Assembly: GCA_964386015.1 (NCBI GenBank)
Contig: CAYLSN010000001.1
Span: 627-64,626 of the forward strand
Origin: an uncultured Rhizobiaceae bacterium
GTDB taxonomy: Bacteria > Pseudomonadota > Alphaproteobacteria > Rhizobiales > Rhizobiaceae
Direction of reading: 5' to 3'
Length of the DNA stretch: 64,000 bases
Below are positions 18,662 through 27,775 of this stretch, piece by piece. Below the pieces are notes generated by a model, which saw only the letters and a program-made list of their open reading frames with translations, was not told the DNA's origin and made no database searches. Position 1 is the first letter of the stretch. Every line of letters starts with the position of its first letter. The position numbers and the translations under genes are program-made.

Positions 18662-19678
18662 ATGAACAGCCGGCCGACACCCCTGCAACTGGCCATGATC
18701 GGCGCCTTCGCCGTCTTCGCGCTACTCGTGCCGCAATTGCTCGCCGCGATCGGACAGTCCTTCCTGATCGGCAGCGCCACGCGGATCGTGATTCACGCCA
18801 TCGCGGCCATGAGCCTCAACCTGATCCTCGGCTATGGGGGCATGGTGAGCTTCGGCCACGCCGCATTCTTCGGCGTCGGTGCCTATGTCACCGGCATTCT
18901 CTCCTTCCACCTGTTCGAGGGGACAGCCTTCCTCGGCCTCGTCGAGGGCACCCATTCGGCGCTCGTCGCCTGGCCCGCCTCCATCCTCGTCGCCGCGCTG
19001 TGCGCCCTGGCGATCGGGGCGCTGAGCCTGCGCACTTCCGGCGTCTACTTCATCATGATCACCCTCGCCTTCGCTCAGATGCTGTATTTTCTCTTCGTCT
19101 CCCTGGAGCGCTATGGCGGCGATGACGGCTTCATGATGTTCGACGGCCGCAGCCGCCTGCCCGGCCTCGACCTCGACAACAATGCGAGCTTCTATTTCGT
19201 CTGCCTCGCCATCCTGTTCGCCTGCCTCGCCGGATTTCACCTTGTCGTCCATTCCCGCTTCGGCGCGGTGCTGCGGGGGTGCCGCATCAACGAGGCGCGC
19301 ATGCGGGCGCTCGGATGCCCGACCTACCGGTACAAGCTCGCCGCCTTTGTGCTGGCGGGCGCGGTGGCGGGGCTTGCCGGCGCCCTTTCCGCCAACCTGA
19401 CCGAGTTCGTCAGCCCCGACAGCCTGCACTGGACCCGGTCCGGAGACCTTCTGGTCATGGTCATTCTCGGCGGCATGGGCACGCTCTTCGGGCCGGTCGT
19501 CGGTGCGATGGTCTTTCTGCTGCTCGAGGAATTCCTGCCGATCCTGTTCCGCGAGGCAGGCCTGCCATTGCTGCAGGAGCACTGGCGGGTCGTGTTCGGT
19601 CCGCTGCTGATCCTGATCGTGCTGTTCGCGCGGCAGGGAATCTACGGCACGCTCATTGCCCGGAGCAGGACACCATGA
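18662..19678 (+). CDS. Branched-chain amino acid ABC transporter permease (LivM-like)
   Basis: 338-aa hydrophobic protein lying between the LivH-like and LivG-like genes, 3 nt after the upstream stop. Confidence 0.9.
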   Translation: MNSRPTPLQLAMIGAFAVFALLVPQLLAAIGQSFLIGSATRIVIHAIAAMSLNLILGYGGMVSFGHAAFFGVGAYVTGILSFHLFEGTAFLGLVEGTHSALVAWPASILVAALCALAIGALSLRTSGVYFIMITLAFAQMLYFLFVSLERYGGDDGFMMFDGRSRLPGLDLDNNASFYFVCLAILFACLAGFHLVVHSRFGAVLRGCRINEARMRALGCPTYRYKLAAFVLAGAVAGLAGALSANLTEFVSPDSLHWTRSGDLLVMVILGGMGTLFGPVVGAMVFLLLEEFLPILFREAGLPLLQEHWRVVFGPLLILIVLFARQGIYGTLIARSRTP

Positions 19679-20427
19679 CGCCGATGCTGCAGCTGAACGG
19701 CCTGCGCAAGTCGTTCGGCGCCATCCGTGCCGCCGACGGCCTGGAACTTGCCGTCCTTCCGGGGGAACTGCATGCGGTGATCGGTCCCAACGGCGCCGGC
19801 AAGACCACGATGGTCGCCCAGCTCGCCGGGCAGATCCGGCCGGACAGCGGCGCGATCCTGTTCGAAGGCCGGGACATCACCCATGTGCCCGAATACAGGC
19901 GGCCGCATCTCGGCCTGGTGCGCTCGTTCCAGATCACTTCTGTCTTTCCCGAACTCTCGGCGCTCGAAAACGTGGCGCTGGCCGTGCAGATCCGGTCCGG
20001 GCACAGCTTCCGCTTCCTGCGGGCCGCCAGCCGCGACTGCCGGCTGACGGAACCGGCACTGCGCCACCTCGAAGCGGCAGGGCTGGCGGGTGAGGCGCAT
20101 CGCCAGGCAGCCATGCTTGCCCACGGCCAGCGCCGGCAGCTGGAAATCGCCATGGCGCTGGCGCTGGAGCCGCGCCTGCTCATCCTGGACGAACCGATGG
20201 CGGGCATGGGGGCGGAAGAAAGTGCTGCCCTGGTCGATCTGCTGCAGTCGCTCAAGGGAAAGCTGACCATGCTGCTCATCGAGCATGACATGGACGCGGT
20301 GTTTCGACTTGCCGACCGCATTTCCGTACTGGTTCAGGGCCGCGTGATCGCTTCCGGAAGTCCGGACGAGATCCGGGCGAGTGCGGAAGTGCGCGCTGCC
20401 TATCTGGGCGAAGACGGCGATGCTTGA
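19675..20427 (+). CDS. ABC transporter ATP-binding protein (LivG-like)
   Basis: The true start is MTPMLQLNGLRKSF (ATG 19675, 4-nt overlap with the permease), so the track ORF from 19279 is over-extended. Walker A GPNGAGKTT. Confidence 0.9.
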   Translation: MTPMLQLNGLRKSFGAIRAADGLELAVLPGELHAVIGPNGAGKTTMVAQLAGQIRPDSGAILFEGRDITHVPEYRRPHLGLVRSFQITSVFPELSALENVALAVQIRSGHSFRFLRAASRDCRLTEPALRHLEAAGLAGEAHRQAAMLAHGQRRQLEIAMALALEPRLLILDEPMAGMGAEESAALVDLLQSLKGKLTMLLIEHDMDAVFRLADRISVLVQGRVIASGSPDEIRASAEVRAAYLGEDGDA

Positions 20428-21121
20428 CGTACGAGCCCTCACTGCCAGCTACGGCCAGGTCCAGGTCCTGTTCGGCGTCGATTTCTCGCTGCAGCCCGGC
20501 GAGATCGTCACCCTGCTCGGCCGCAACGGCATGGGCAAGACCACCACCGTGCGCGCCATTACCGGACTCGGCACGTTCCGTTCCGGCAGCATCCGGTTCC
20601 AGGGCCGCGAGATCGCGGGCATTCCCTCCCATCGCATTGCCCGGCTCGGAATCGGACTTGTGCCGGAAGGACGGCAGATCTTCCCGACGCTGACCGTGCG
20701 CGAGAATCTCGTGGCGACCGCCGCGAATCGTGGCGGCAGGAAGGACCCCTGGAGCCTCGAACGCATCTTCGCGATGTTTCCCGTGCTTGCGCAGCGGCAG
20801 AAGCAGCGCGGCGGCCTGCTCTCGGGCGGCGAACAGCAGATGCTGGCGATCGGCAGAGCGCTCATGACCAATCCGGCGCTGCTGATCCTCGATGAGGCCA
20901 CGGAGGGCCTGGCGCCGATGGTGCGCGCCGAAATCTATCGCTGCATCGCGGCACTGAAGGCTGCCGGCCAGTCGATCCTGATCATCGACAAGCATCTGGG
21001 CGAGCTCGTGCGCATTGCCGACCGCCACGTCATCATGGAAAAGGGCAGAACCGTCTGGAGCGGGAGCAGCGAGGAGTTCCGCGCCACGCCCGATCTCCGG
21101 CAGCGCTATCTCGGCATCTGA
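20420..21121 (+). CDS. ABC transporter ATP-binding protein (LivF-like)
   Basis: Start taken at MLDVRALTASYG (ATG 20420, 8-nt overlap). Walker A GRNGMGKTT and signature LSGGEQQM. Confidence 0.9.
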   Translation: MLDVRALTASYGQVQVLFGVDFSLQPGEIVTLLGRNGMGKTTTVRAITGLGTFRSGSIRFQGREIAGIPSHRIARLGIGLVPEGRQIFPTLTVRENLVATAANRGGRKDPWSLERIFAMFPVLAQRQKQRGGLLSGGEQQMLAIGRALMTNPALLILDEATEGLAPMVRAEIYRCIAALKAAGQSILIIDKHLGELVRIADRHVIMEKGRTVWSGSSEEFRATPDLRQRYLGI

Positions 21122-21883
21122 TCAGAGAAAGAACGATCGCCGCAATCCCGGCAGGCCGCGGCCTTCCTGCCTGAAGACGAATCCGAGGCGGGCGAAGATC
21201 GAGGCCATGAGCACCGCGAAGCCGAAGCCGAGACTGAAACCGGCAAGAGTATCGGATGGAAAATGGGCGCCGACAATCACGCGGGTGAAGGCGAACCACA
21301 GGCCGAGCACCATGATGGGAAAGCGCATGCGCGGCAGGCACAGGAACAGCACCGCGGTCATGGCGCCGACCGTGGTCGAATGGCCGGAGGGAAAGGAGGC
21401 ATAGGTATTGCCGGACAGGGGGTCGAAGGAGAATGGCCCTTCGCCTGCATGCGGCCTCGCCCTGCCGATGAGGCGCTTCACCGTCGTCACGAACAGACCG
21501 GACACTCCGACGGACAACATGATGTAGAGAGCAAGGCCTGCCCAGTTGCTGAGGCGGAGCAACCGTCGGGGAGGAACGCCTCGCCATTGCAGAAGGCTCA
21601 GGATCAGAAGGATCAGCGCCGCCGGAGCCAGATACCAGCCGCTCAGACCGACATCGGTCATCCACCGGGCAGGAACGCTCAGCCATGCCGGCCACCTGCC
21701 GTAATATTCCGCCGCCAGTGAATCGAGAACAAGGCAGGCGAGCGCAACGAACAGGGCGGCAAGGATCCCGAACGGCAGCAGCACGCGCGGCATCGGACTG
21801 CCGGGACCGCGCCGCCGTCGCGCCTGTACCAGCTGAACGGCCTGGCGAAGATTCTCCCGTGCGCGGCCGGTCAGCCCCTTCAT
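21122..21883 (-). CDS. PAP2-family phosphatase (LpxE-like lipid phosphate phosphatase)
   Basis: Canonical tripartite motif KRLIGRARP / SFPSGHSTT / TRVIVGAHFPSD. ATG 21883 overlaps the upstream stop as ATGA. Confidence 0.85.
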   Translation of the reverse strand: MKGLTGRARENLRQAVQLVQARRRRGPGSPMPRVLLPFGILAALFVALACLVLDSLAAEYYGRWPAWLSVPARWMTDVGLSGWYLAPAALILLILSLLQWRGVPPRRLLRLSNWAGLALYIMLSVGVSGLFVTTVKRLIGRARPHAGEGPFSFDPLSGNTYASFPSGHSTTVGAMTAVLFLCLPRMRFPIMVLGLWFAFTRVIVGAHFPSDTLAGFSLGFGFAVLMASIFARLGFVFRQEGRGLPGLRRSFFL

Positions 21884-23532
21884 TGGCTGCCTGCCTCCGC
21901 GTCGCGCAAGCTGTACAGGCCCAGTTCGAGCCACCTGCCATTCGAATAGTTGACGCCAGCGATCCTGGCCAGGAGATCGAGCTGATCGTGCCCGAGCTGT
22001 GCGGCGAGCGCCTGTTCGTCGCCGACAGGAACCAGGGCAAGGGCGCAGGAAGGACCGGCGCGCAAATGGGCTGCCACACCGCCGATATCGGTCAGCCGGG
22101 TTTCCGTGCCTGCCAGGAACACCAGACTCGGCTCATGGAACCCGCTCGCCGCGAGGACCGGATCCGCGCAGGGAGCCGTCTCCTGCATGGCAGCGACGAT
22201 GCGCGGCGACAGCCACATCCGCTCGAGCGATGGCGCAACCAATCCGTACAATGCACCATAGGCCAGCGCCGCCGCCACCGCTGTCGCCAGCATGCCGCGC
22301 TCCGATCCGGCGTGGCGCCAGCCCAGCCAGCCCGTACCCAGCAGCAGAAGGGCGGCGGCAAGAGCGGCGACCGAAATTCCCGCGCCGAGATAGGCTGGCG
22401 CCGCGATCGCGATCGCCGCCAGCAGCAAGGTGACGAGCGCATGCATGGCTCCGGCGCCTCGCAACGCCCAGGCTTGCCAGCCGGCCCCGGCCGTCGGGAC
22501 GCGCTCGCCAGCGGCACCGAAGGCAAGCGCCAGCGCCGGATAGGCCGGCAGCACGTAGTGCGGCAGCTTCGTCGGCACGAGTTCGCACAGCAGCCACCAG
22601 GGAACCAGCCAGCAGAAGAGGAACAGGAGCGCCGGCTCCCTCCTGCCGGGCAGCGTCATTGCGGCCGCGAGCAGCAGCGGAGCGAGCGGCCAGGCATAGA
22701 GGAAGAAGGTGAGCACGAAGTATCCCGGCGGCGCGCAATGAGATTCCTGTCCGCCGGCGACCTTGGCCAGCATGTCGGTTCCTACCGAATCGGCCCAGAA
22801 GGAACCGCCGCTGATCAGGGTGATGGCGATCAGCCAGGGCGCGGCGATGAGCAGGGCGAGCAGGAGGCCGCGAACCGGCTTCAGTTCCCGCAGCCACCTC
22901 CTCTCGCGCTCGAAAACCCACAAGGCCGCCACGGTCAGGAGGCTGATCAGCGGCACGATCGGCCCCTTGACCAGAATGGCGAGACCCTGCGCGATCCAGA
23001 AGAGCCATGCGGCGCCGCGCCAGACGCTGCCGCCATTCCGGACAGTGGAATGAATGGCCATCAGCGCGCCCTGTGCCGTGACCGCGAGGCCGAGAAGCAT
23101 GGCGTCGGTCTTGGCGATCCTGCCTTCGAAGGCAACCCCGAACATCGCGGTCAGCGCGAGGGCGGAAACGAATCCGGCTGTGGTCCCGAACATGGCCCTC
23201 CCGGCTAGGAAGGTGGCAAGGATGGCGAGCAGCATGCCGGCAACGGACACCAGCCGGTAGTGCCAGATCGGCGCCAGCGCACCCTCGCCGCCCGCAACAA
23301 TGGCGAGCGACTGCAGCCAGTAGATTCCAACCGGCTTCTTGTAGCGCGTCTCTTCCTGAAAGCGGATGTCGACAGGATTGCCGCTTTCGACCATCTGTCT
23401 CGTTGCCTGGACATAGCGGCTTTCGTCGCGGTCGATCGGCGGCAATGCCGCAATTCCCGGCAGCACCGTTGCCAGCGCCAGCATCAGGAGCAGGATCAGC
23501 CGCATCGCGGAATTGCGCCGCTCAGCCCGCAT
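21880..23532 (-). CDS. ArnT-like membrane glycosyltransferase (GT39/GT83-type, polyprenyl-P-sugar dependent)
   Basis: 550-aa polytopic protein with the periplasmic-loop motif PPIDRDESRYVQATRQM and RYKKPVGIYWLQ. An alternative ATG lies at 23505. Confidence 0.85.
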   Translation of the reverse strand: MRAERRNSAMRLILLLMLALATVLPGIAALPPIDRDESRYVQATRQMVESGNPVDIRFQEETRYKKPVGIYWLQSLAIVAGGEGALAPIWHYRLVSVAGMLLAILATFLAGRAMFGTTAGFVSALALTAMFGVAFEGRIAKTDAMLLGLAVTAQGALMAIHSTVRNGGSVWRGAAWLFWIAQGLAILVKGPIVPLISLLTVAALWVFERERRWLRELKPVRGLLLALLIAAPWLIAITLISGGSFWADSVGTDMLAKVAGGQESHCAPPGYFVLTFFLYAWPLAPLLLAAAMTLPGRREPALLFLFCWLVPWWLLCELVPTKLPHYVLPAYPALALAFGAAGERVPTAGAGWQAWALRGAGAMHALVTLLLAAIAIAAPAYLGAGISVAALAAALLLLGTGWLGWRHAGSERGMLATAVAAALAYGALYGLVAPSLERMWLSPRIVAAMQETAPCADPVLAASGFHEPSLVFLAGTETRLTDIGGVAAHLRAGPSCALALVPVGDEQALAAQLGHDQLDLLARIAGVNYSNGRWLELGLYSLRDAEAGSQ

Positions 23533-23854
23533 CCGTCATGGCGGCTCGGCGCTCGGCGGCGATCAGCCAGAGATTGCGGATATAGACGAAGAGGCCCAGT
23601 CCCTGCCCGGCAATGAAGACCGGGTCCTGGCGCTTGACGGCGTAGATGAACAGCAAGGCGCCGCCGGCGAGCGAAAACAGCCAGAACGCCACCGGAATGA
23701 CGCTGCGGCGGGCACGCTCCGAGGCGATCCACTGTACGACGAACCGCATGGTGAACATGGCCTGTGCCACGAAGCCAAGGAAAACCCAGGCATCGAACTG
23801 ATCGACGAAGACGGCCTGCAACCAGTCGAGCAGGTAGCGGAAAGACTCAGCCAT
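23522..23854 (-). CDS. Lipid-A-disaccharide synthase N-terminal (LAB_N) domain membrane protein
   Basis: 110 aa with 3 TM segments. The repeats RFVVQWIASE and FIYAVKRQDPVFI are typical of LAB_N proteins. Overlaps the GT2 stop by 8 nt. Confidence 0.75.
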   Translation of the reverse strand: MAESFRYLLDWLQAVFVDQFDAWVFLGFVAQAMFTMRFVVQWIASERARRSVIPVAFWLFSLAGGALLFIYAVKRQDPVFIAGQGLGLFVYIRNLWLIAAERRAAMTDAG

Positions 23855-24581
23855 GCGGAATCTCCTCGGGCTGCGGCATCCGGCGGCGCCGGCGTCTCAA
23901 CCACCAGACGCCGAAAAGATCCAGCGCGCCCTGCAGGCCCCGGTCGAATATGCCGTAATTCGACCTGCCATGGCGTCGTGGCCGGTCAATCACGTCAAGA
24001 TGTGCGATGTCGTATCCTTCCTGCAGGACCAGGGCGGGAACGAAACGGTGCGTGCCGTCGAAGAAGGGCAGACGGCGCAATATTTCCGTGTGAATTGCCT
24101 TGAGCCCGCAGCCGGTATCGCGGGTGCGGTCGCGCAGCACCCGGTTACGCAGCCCGTTGGCGAAACGGGATGCCAGACGCTTCATCCGCGAATCCCGCCG
24201 CTTCAGACGCTGGCCCTGCACCATGCCGCAGCCTGGCCCGCCCTCGACCAGCCGGTCGATCAGCGCCGGAAGATAGGCCGGATCGTTCTGGCCGTCGCCG
24301 TCAAGGGTAGCCACGATGCTTCCCCGTGCTGCCCAGGCGCCGGAGCGAAGGGCAAGGCTCTGACCCGACGACCGGGCATGGCGAATTTCCCGCAATGGAA
24401 AGCCGCAGATGCGGGCCTGTTCGGCAAGCACCTCCGCCGTACGGTCGGTGGAACCGTCATTGACGACGATGACCTCGAAGCTGCGCCCCTGCATGGCCTG
24501 CCCGATTTCGGCCAGCAGTGCCGGAAGATTCTCGGCTTCGTTCCGGCAAGGAATGACGATGGATATGGACGGAACCGTCAT
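23847..24581 (-). CDS. Family-2 glycosyltransferase, polyprenyl-phosphate sugar synthase (ArnC/DPM1/RgtE-like)
   Basis: ISIVIPCRNEAENL, VVNDGSTDRT and the LDGDGQNDP (DxD) motifs. 244 aa. Confidence 0.85.
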   Translation of the reverse strand: MTVPSISIVIPCRNEAENLPALLAEIGQAMQGRSFEVIVVNDGSTDRTAEVLAEQARICGFPLREIRHARSSGQSLALRSGAWAARGSIVATLDGDGQNDPAYLPALIDRLVEGGPGCGMVQGQRLKRRDSRMKRLASRFANGLRNRVLRDRTRDTGCGLKAIHTEILRRLPFFDGTHRFVPALVLQEGYDIAHLDVIDRPRRHGRSNYGIFDRGLQGALDLFGVWWLRRRRRRMPQPEEIPHG

Positions 24582-24784
24582 CGGCGAAGTCCTCGTTCAT
24601 GAAAACACCTTCGCCCGGAGGATCAATCGGCGCAGAACAGTGCGGTGCGGGCGATACCTACGCCATCGCATGTGCCTAGGCAAGAAGCGCCAATACAAGT
24701 TCATTCGGAAGAATTGCAATACGTGAAACGCTCGGCTACAGGCCTGCCAAGGCGGGCGGTCCGCCATTATTCCTGCGAGCTTCC

Positions 24785-26254
24785 ATGAACCCGCCTTCCA
24801 TGTCGACAGCCAGCGATGCGAGATGGTTCCAGCGCCTCCTGGTCGCGCTCGCCCTGCTGCTGGCTTGGCGCCTGTACACCGTGCATGTCGCCGCCATCGA
24901 TCTGTATTTCGACGAGGCGCAATATTGGGCCTGGTCGCAGGAACCGGCCTTCGGCTATTTCTCCAAGCCGCCATTGATTGCCTGGCTGATCCGCCTGACG
25001 ACCGGCATGTGCGGAGATTCCGAGTTCTGCGTCCGGCTCGGCGCGCCGCTCCTGCATTCGGCAAGCCCGATCCTGATCTATCTGGCTGCCGCACGCCTTT
25101 ATGACGGGCGGGTGGGATTCTGGTCGGCCCTCGCATTCGCGACCGCGCCCGGCATCTCCTTCTCCTCGGCCCTGATTTCGACCGACGTGCCGCTGCTCTT
25201 CTTCTGGTCAGGTGCATTGCTGGCATGGATCCTGCTGCTCGAGAACCGCTCGCTGGCCGCGGCGGCGGCGCTTGGCATCTGTCTCGGTCTCGGCCTGCTC
25301 TCCAAATATGCCATGGTCTATTTCGTGCTTTGCGCGGCGATCTGGCTGGTCCTCGATCCGGAGTCGCGCTGGCTGCTGCGGGACCGCAGGCTCGTTGTCA
25401 TTCTCGGCATCCCGCTCCTCTTTGTCGCACCCAACATTGCCTGGAACATCGACAACGGCCTCGTCACCTTCGCCCATACCGCCGACAATGCCGCCTGGGG
25501 CAGCAATCTGTTCCATCCGGTCCGGGCGCTCGAGTTCTTCGGCGCGCAGTTCGGCGTCTTCGGGCCGATCCTGTTCGGGGCGCTGATCTGGATCGCAGGC
25601 ACAGCGGCCAGGCACGGCGCGCCTCGCGCGAGGCGGATGCTTCTCACCTTCTCGCTTCCGGTGCTGATTCTGATCGTGATCCAGGCCTTGCTGTCGCGAG
25701 CCCATGCCAATTGGGCAGCCGTCACTTATCCGGCCGCGGCGATCCTGGTCACCGAAGCCATGTTCCGTGCGGGCTGGCGACGGCTGCCGGTGATCTCGCT
25801 GGCGCTGCATCTCGTTGTTCAGGCTACTCTGACGGCGGGCCTTGCCGGAGCGGCGAGCATCGCCCTGCCGGGCCGGATCGATCCGTTCTGGCGGGCACTG
25901 GGGTGGCGCGACACCGCCGAGGCCATCCGCAGGGTCGTTTCGGAGCAATCATTTGACTCGATCGTCACTACGGATCGCTACATGAGCGCAGAACTGCTCT
26001 ACTATCTTCGCGACCTCGATCTTCCGATCAGGGCCTGGAGGCCGGAACCCGTGCCACGCGACCATTTTCAGCTCACCCGCCCCTTCGGCAGCGGCGATCC
26101 GCTACCGGCCCTGCTGGTTGCGGAGGGCGGACTGCCGGCCGGGCTGCGGCCGGATGCGGCGGTTGAGGTTGCGACGCTGGAGATCGCGGCGGGGGCCAAG
26201 AAGATGCGCCGTATCGAGTTGTTCGCGCTCCAACAGGCACCCGGGAATGAATAG
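24785..26254 (+). CDS. ArnT-like membrane glycosyltransferase (second copy)
   Basis: 489-aa polytopic protein with the motifs YFDEAQYWAWSQ and FSKPPLIAWLI. Transcribed divergently from the GT2 arm. Confidence 0.85.
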   Translation: MNPPSMSTASDARWFQRLLVALALLLAWRLYTVHVAAIDLYFDEAQYWAWSQEPAFGYFSKPPLIAWLIRLTTGMCGDSEFCVRLGAPLLHSASPILIYLAAARLYDGRVGFWSALAFATAPGISFSSALISTDVPLLFFWSGALLAWILLLENRSLAAAAALGICLGLGLLSKYAMVYFVLCAAIWLVLDPESRWLLRDRRLVVILGIPLLFVAPNIAWNIDNGLVTFAHTADNAAWGSNLFHPVRALEFFGAQFGVFGPILFGALIWIAGTAARHGAPRARRMLLTFSLPVLILIVIQALLSRAHANWAAVTYPAAAILVTEAMFRAGWRRLPVISLALHLVVQATLTAGLAGAASIALPGRIDPFWRALGWRDTAEAIRRVVSEQSFDSIVTTDRYMSAELLYYLRDLDLPIRAWRPEPVPRDHFQLTRPFGSGDPLPALLVAEGGLPAGLRPDAAVEVATLEIAAGAKKMRRIELFALQQAPGNE

Positions 26255-26924
26255 CGTCGTTCCCACCCTCGCCGTCGGTCTGCTGGCCGCCGTCCTCTTC
26301 CTCGCCCTGCCGCTGCTGGACATTGCCGCCAGCGCGATGCTCGCCGATGGCGCCGCCGGCTTTCCGCTCGCCGGCGCGCTCCCGGTCCGGATCATCCGGG
26401 AAGCCTTCAACCTGGTTTTCGCCGGCTTCTGCGTCGTCGCGGCCGGAGGCCTCGCCGTGACCTTCCTGCTGCGCCGGCGGCTCTTCGGGCTGGGCGCGAA
26501 CGCATGGCTGTACCTCATTGCCTGCGCCGCAACAGGCCCGGGCCTGGTCACCAACCTGCTGTTCAAGGATCATTGGGGCCGGGCACGGCCGGCACAGATC
26601 GCCGAATTTGGCGGCGACCTTGACTTCACCCCGGCGCTCCTGCTCTCGGATCAATGCGAGCGCAACTGTTCCTTCGTCTCCGGCGAAGCATCCTCGATCT
26701 ATCTGATGTTCTTTGCCCTGGCGATGCTGTTTCCGTCCCGGCAGCGGCGGCTCGTGCTCGCCGGAATTCTCGCCGGCAGCATCGCGGGGCTGATCCGCAT
26801 GATGGCCGGTGGACATTTCCTCAGCGACGTCGTCTTCGCCGGCATCTTCATGGCCCTGGTCGCGCAGCTTCTCGCCGTTCCCCTGCTCGGCCGGGAAAGG
26901 GCGTCAGGTGCGGTCGGGACCTGA
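26247..26924 (+). CDS. PAP2-family phosphatase with a variant C2 motif (SGE instead of SGH)
   Basis: Start at MNSVVPTLAV (ATG 26247, 8-nt overlap with the upstream stop). Motifs KDHWGRARP / SFVSGEAS / GGHFLSD. Confidence 0.8.
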   Translation: MNSVVPTLAVGLLAAVLFLALPLLDIAASAMLADGAAGFPLAGALPVRIIREAFNLVFAGFCVVAAGGLAVTFLLRRRLFGLGANAWLYLIACAATGPGLVTNLLFKDHWGRARPAQIAEFGGDLDFTPALLLSDQCERNCSFVSGEASSIYLMFFALAMLFPSRQRRLVLAGILAGSIAGLIRMMAGGHFLSDVVFAGIFMALVAQLLAVPLLGRERASGAVGT

Positions 26925-27320
26925 TTCGGGCGCCGGATCCGTGTCGCGTTCCAGATCCTGAATGATGCCGAAGAAGCGGCGCATGAACCGCTCCATCAGG
27001 CCGAGCGATTGTTCGAACTCTTCCTCGGTCGGCAGATCGGCGGATGGCCGTTCCTTTTCCATCGCGGCAAGCCGCCGCTCCAGCGCGTCGATCCGCGCGC
27101 GCAGGTCCTCGAGCTCGGCCAGCAGGGCGGCACGCTCGTCCGCGGCGGTCCGGCAGACCATCTGCTCGCCCTGCTCCGTGCACCGGGAGATTTCGCCCGT
27201 CTGCCGGTCCAGCCGGATGAAAGCCTCGCCGGAACGTTCGATCTGGAATCTCGGCTCCTGCGCCCCGGCGCCTGACGCCAGCAGACACAGGGACGCCGCC
27301 AGATGCAGGAAACCTCGCAT
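26904..27320 (-). CDS. Secreted hypothetical protein with a coiled-coil segment
   Basis: GGAGG lies 7 nt before ATG 27320. Signal peptide MRGFLHLAASLCLLASGAGA-QE, two Cys residues and the heptad-like stretch AALLAELEDLRARIDALERRLAAMEKE. Confidence 0.6.
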   Translation of the reverse strand: MRGFLHLAASLCLLASGAGAQEPRFQIERSGEAFIRLDRQTGEISRCTEQGEQMVCRTAADERAALLAELEDLRARIDALERRLAAMEKERPSADLPTEEEFEQSLGLMERFMRRFFGIIQDLERDTDPAPESGPDRT

Positions 27321-27412
27321 GGCGTACCTCCGATGATCAGCTGGGACTCATAGAACATTTATCCTGCGGAAAGTACCCCGAAATGCTTTCTTCCCGCAGC
27401 GAGCAGGTCTAT

Positions 27413-27769
27413 ATGCGCGCCATGCCTGAACTCATCTACAAGATCTGTGCACGCGAGCTGTGGGAAGAAGCGGAACGCAAGGGCGTGTTCGAGGGCGCTC
27501 CTGTCGACCTTGCCGATGGCTACATCCATTTCTCGACGGCGGCTCAGCTTCGGGAAACCGCAGCCAGGCATTTTTTCGGCCAGGATGGGCTGGTGCTGGT
27601 GGCGGTGGATGCGGGGCGCCTCGGCGAGGCACTTCGATATGAACCGGCGCGCTCAGGTGAACTGTTTCCGCATCTCTACGGCCCGCTGCCGATCTCGGCC
27701 GTCATCCGGTCGTCCGCCCTGCCGCTGCAGCCGGACGGCTTCCACGCATTTCCGCCGCTGGACGAGTAG
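27413..27769 (+). CDS. DUF952 domain protein
   Basis: PELIYKICARELWEEA...GAPVDLADGYIHFST...LFPHLYGPL matches the DUF952 pattern. The start is either ATG 27413 or 27422. Confidence 0.8.
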   Translation: MRAMPELIYKICARELWEEAERKGVFEGAPVDLADGYIHFSTAAQLRETAARHFFGQDGLVLVAVDAGRLGEALRYEPARSGELFPHLYGPLPISAVIRSSALPLQPDGFHAFPPLDE

Positions 27770-27775
27770 CCCCAT

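Noticed and set aside
21119-21124. Abutting or overlapping convergent gene ends (TGATCA at 21119-21124; 11-nt overlap at 32105-32115) as possible regulatory antisense arrangements
   Set aside because: Such tight convergent packing is common in compact GC-rich genomes, and there is no additional structure or motif to support a specific function.
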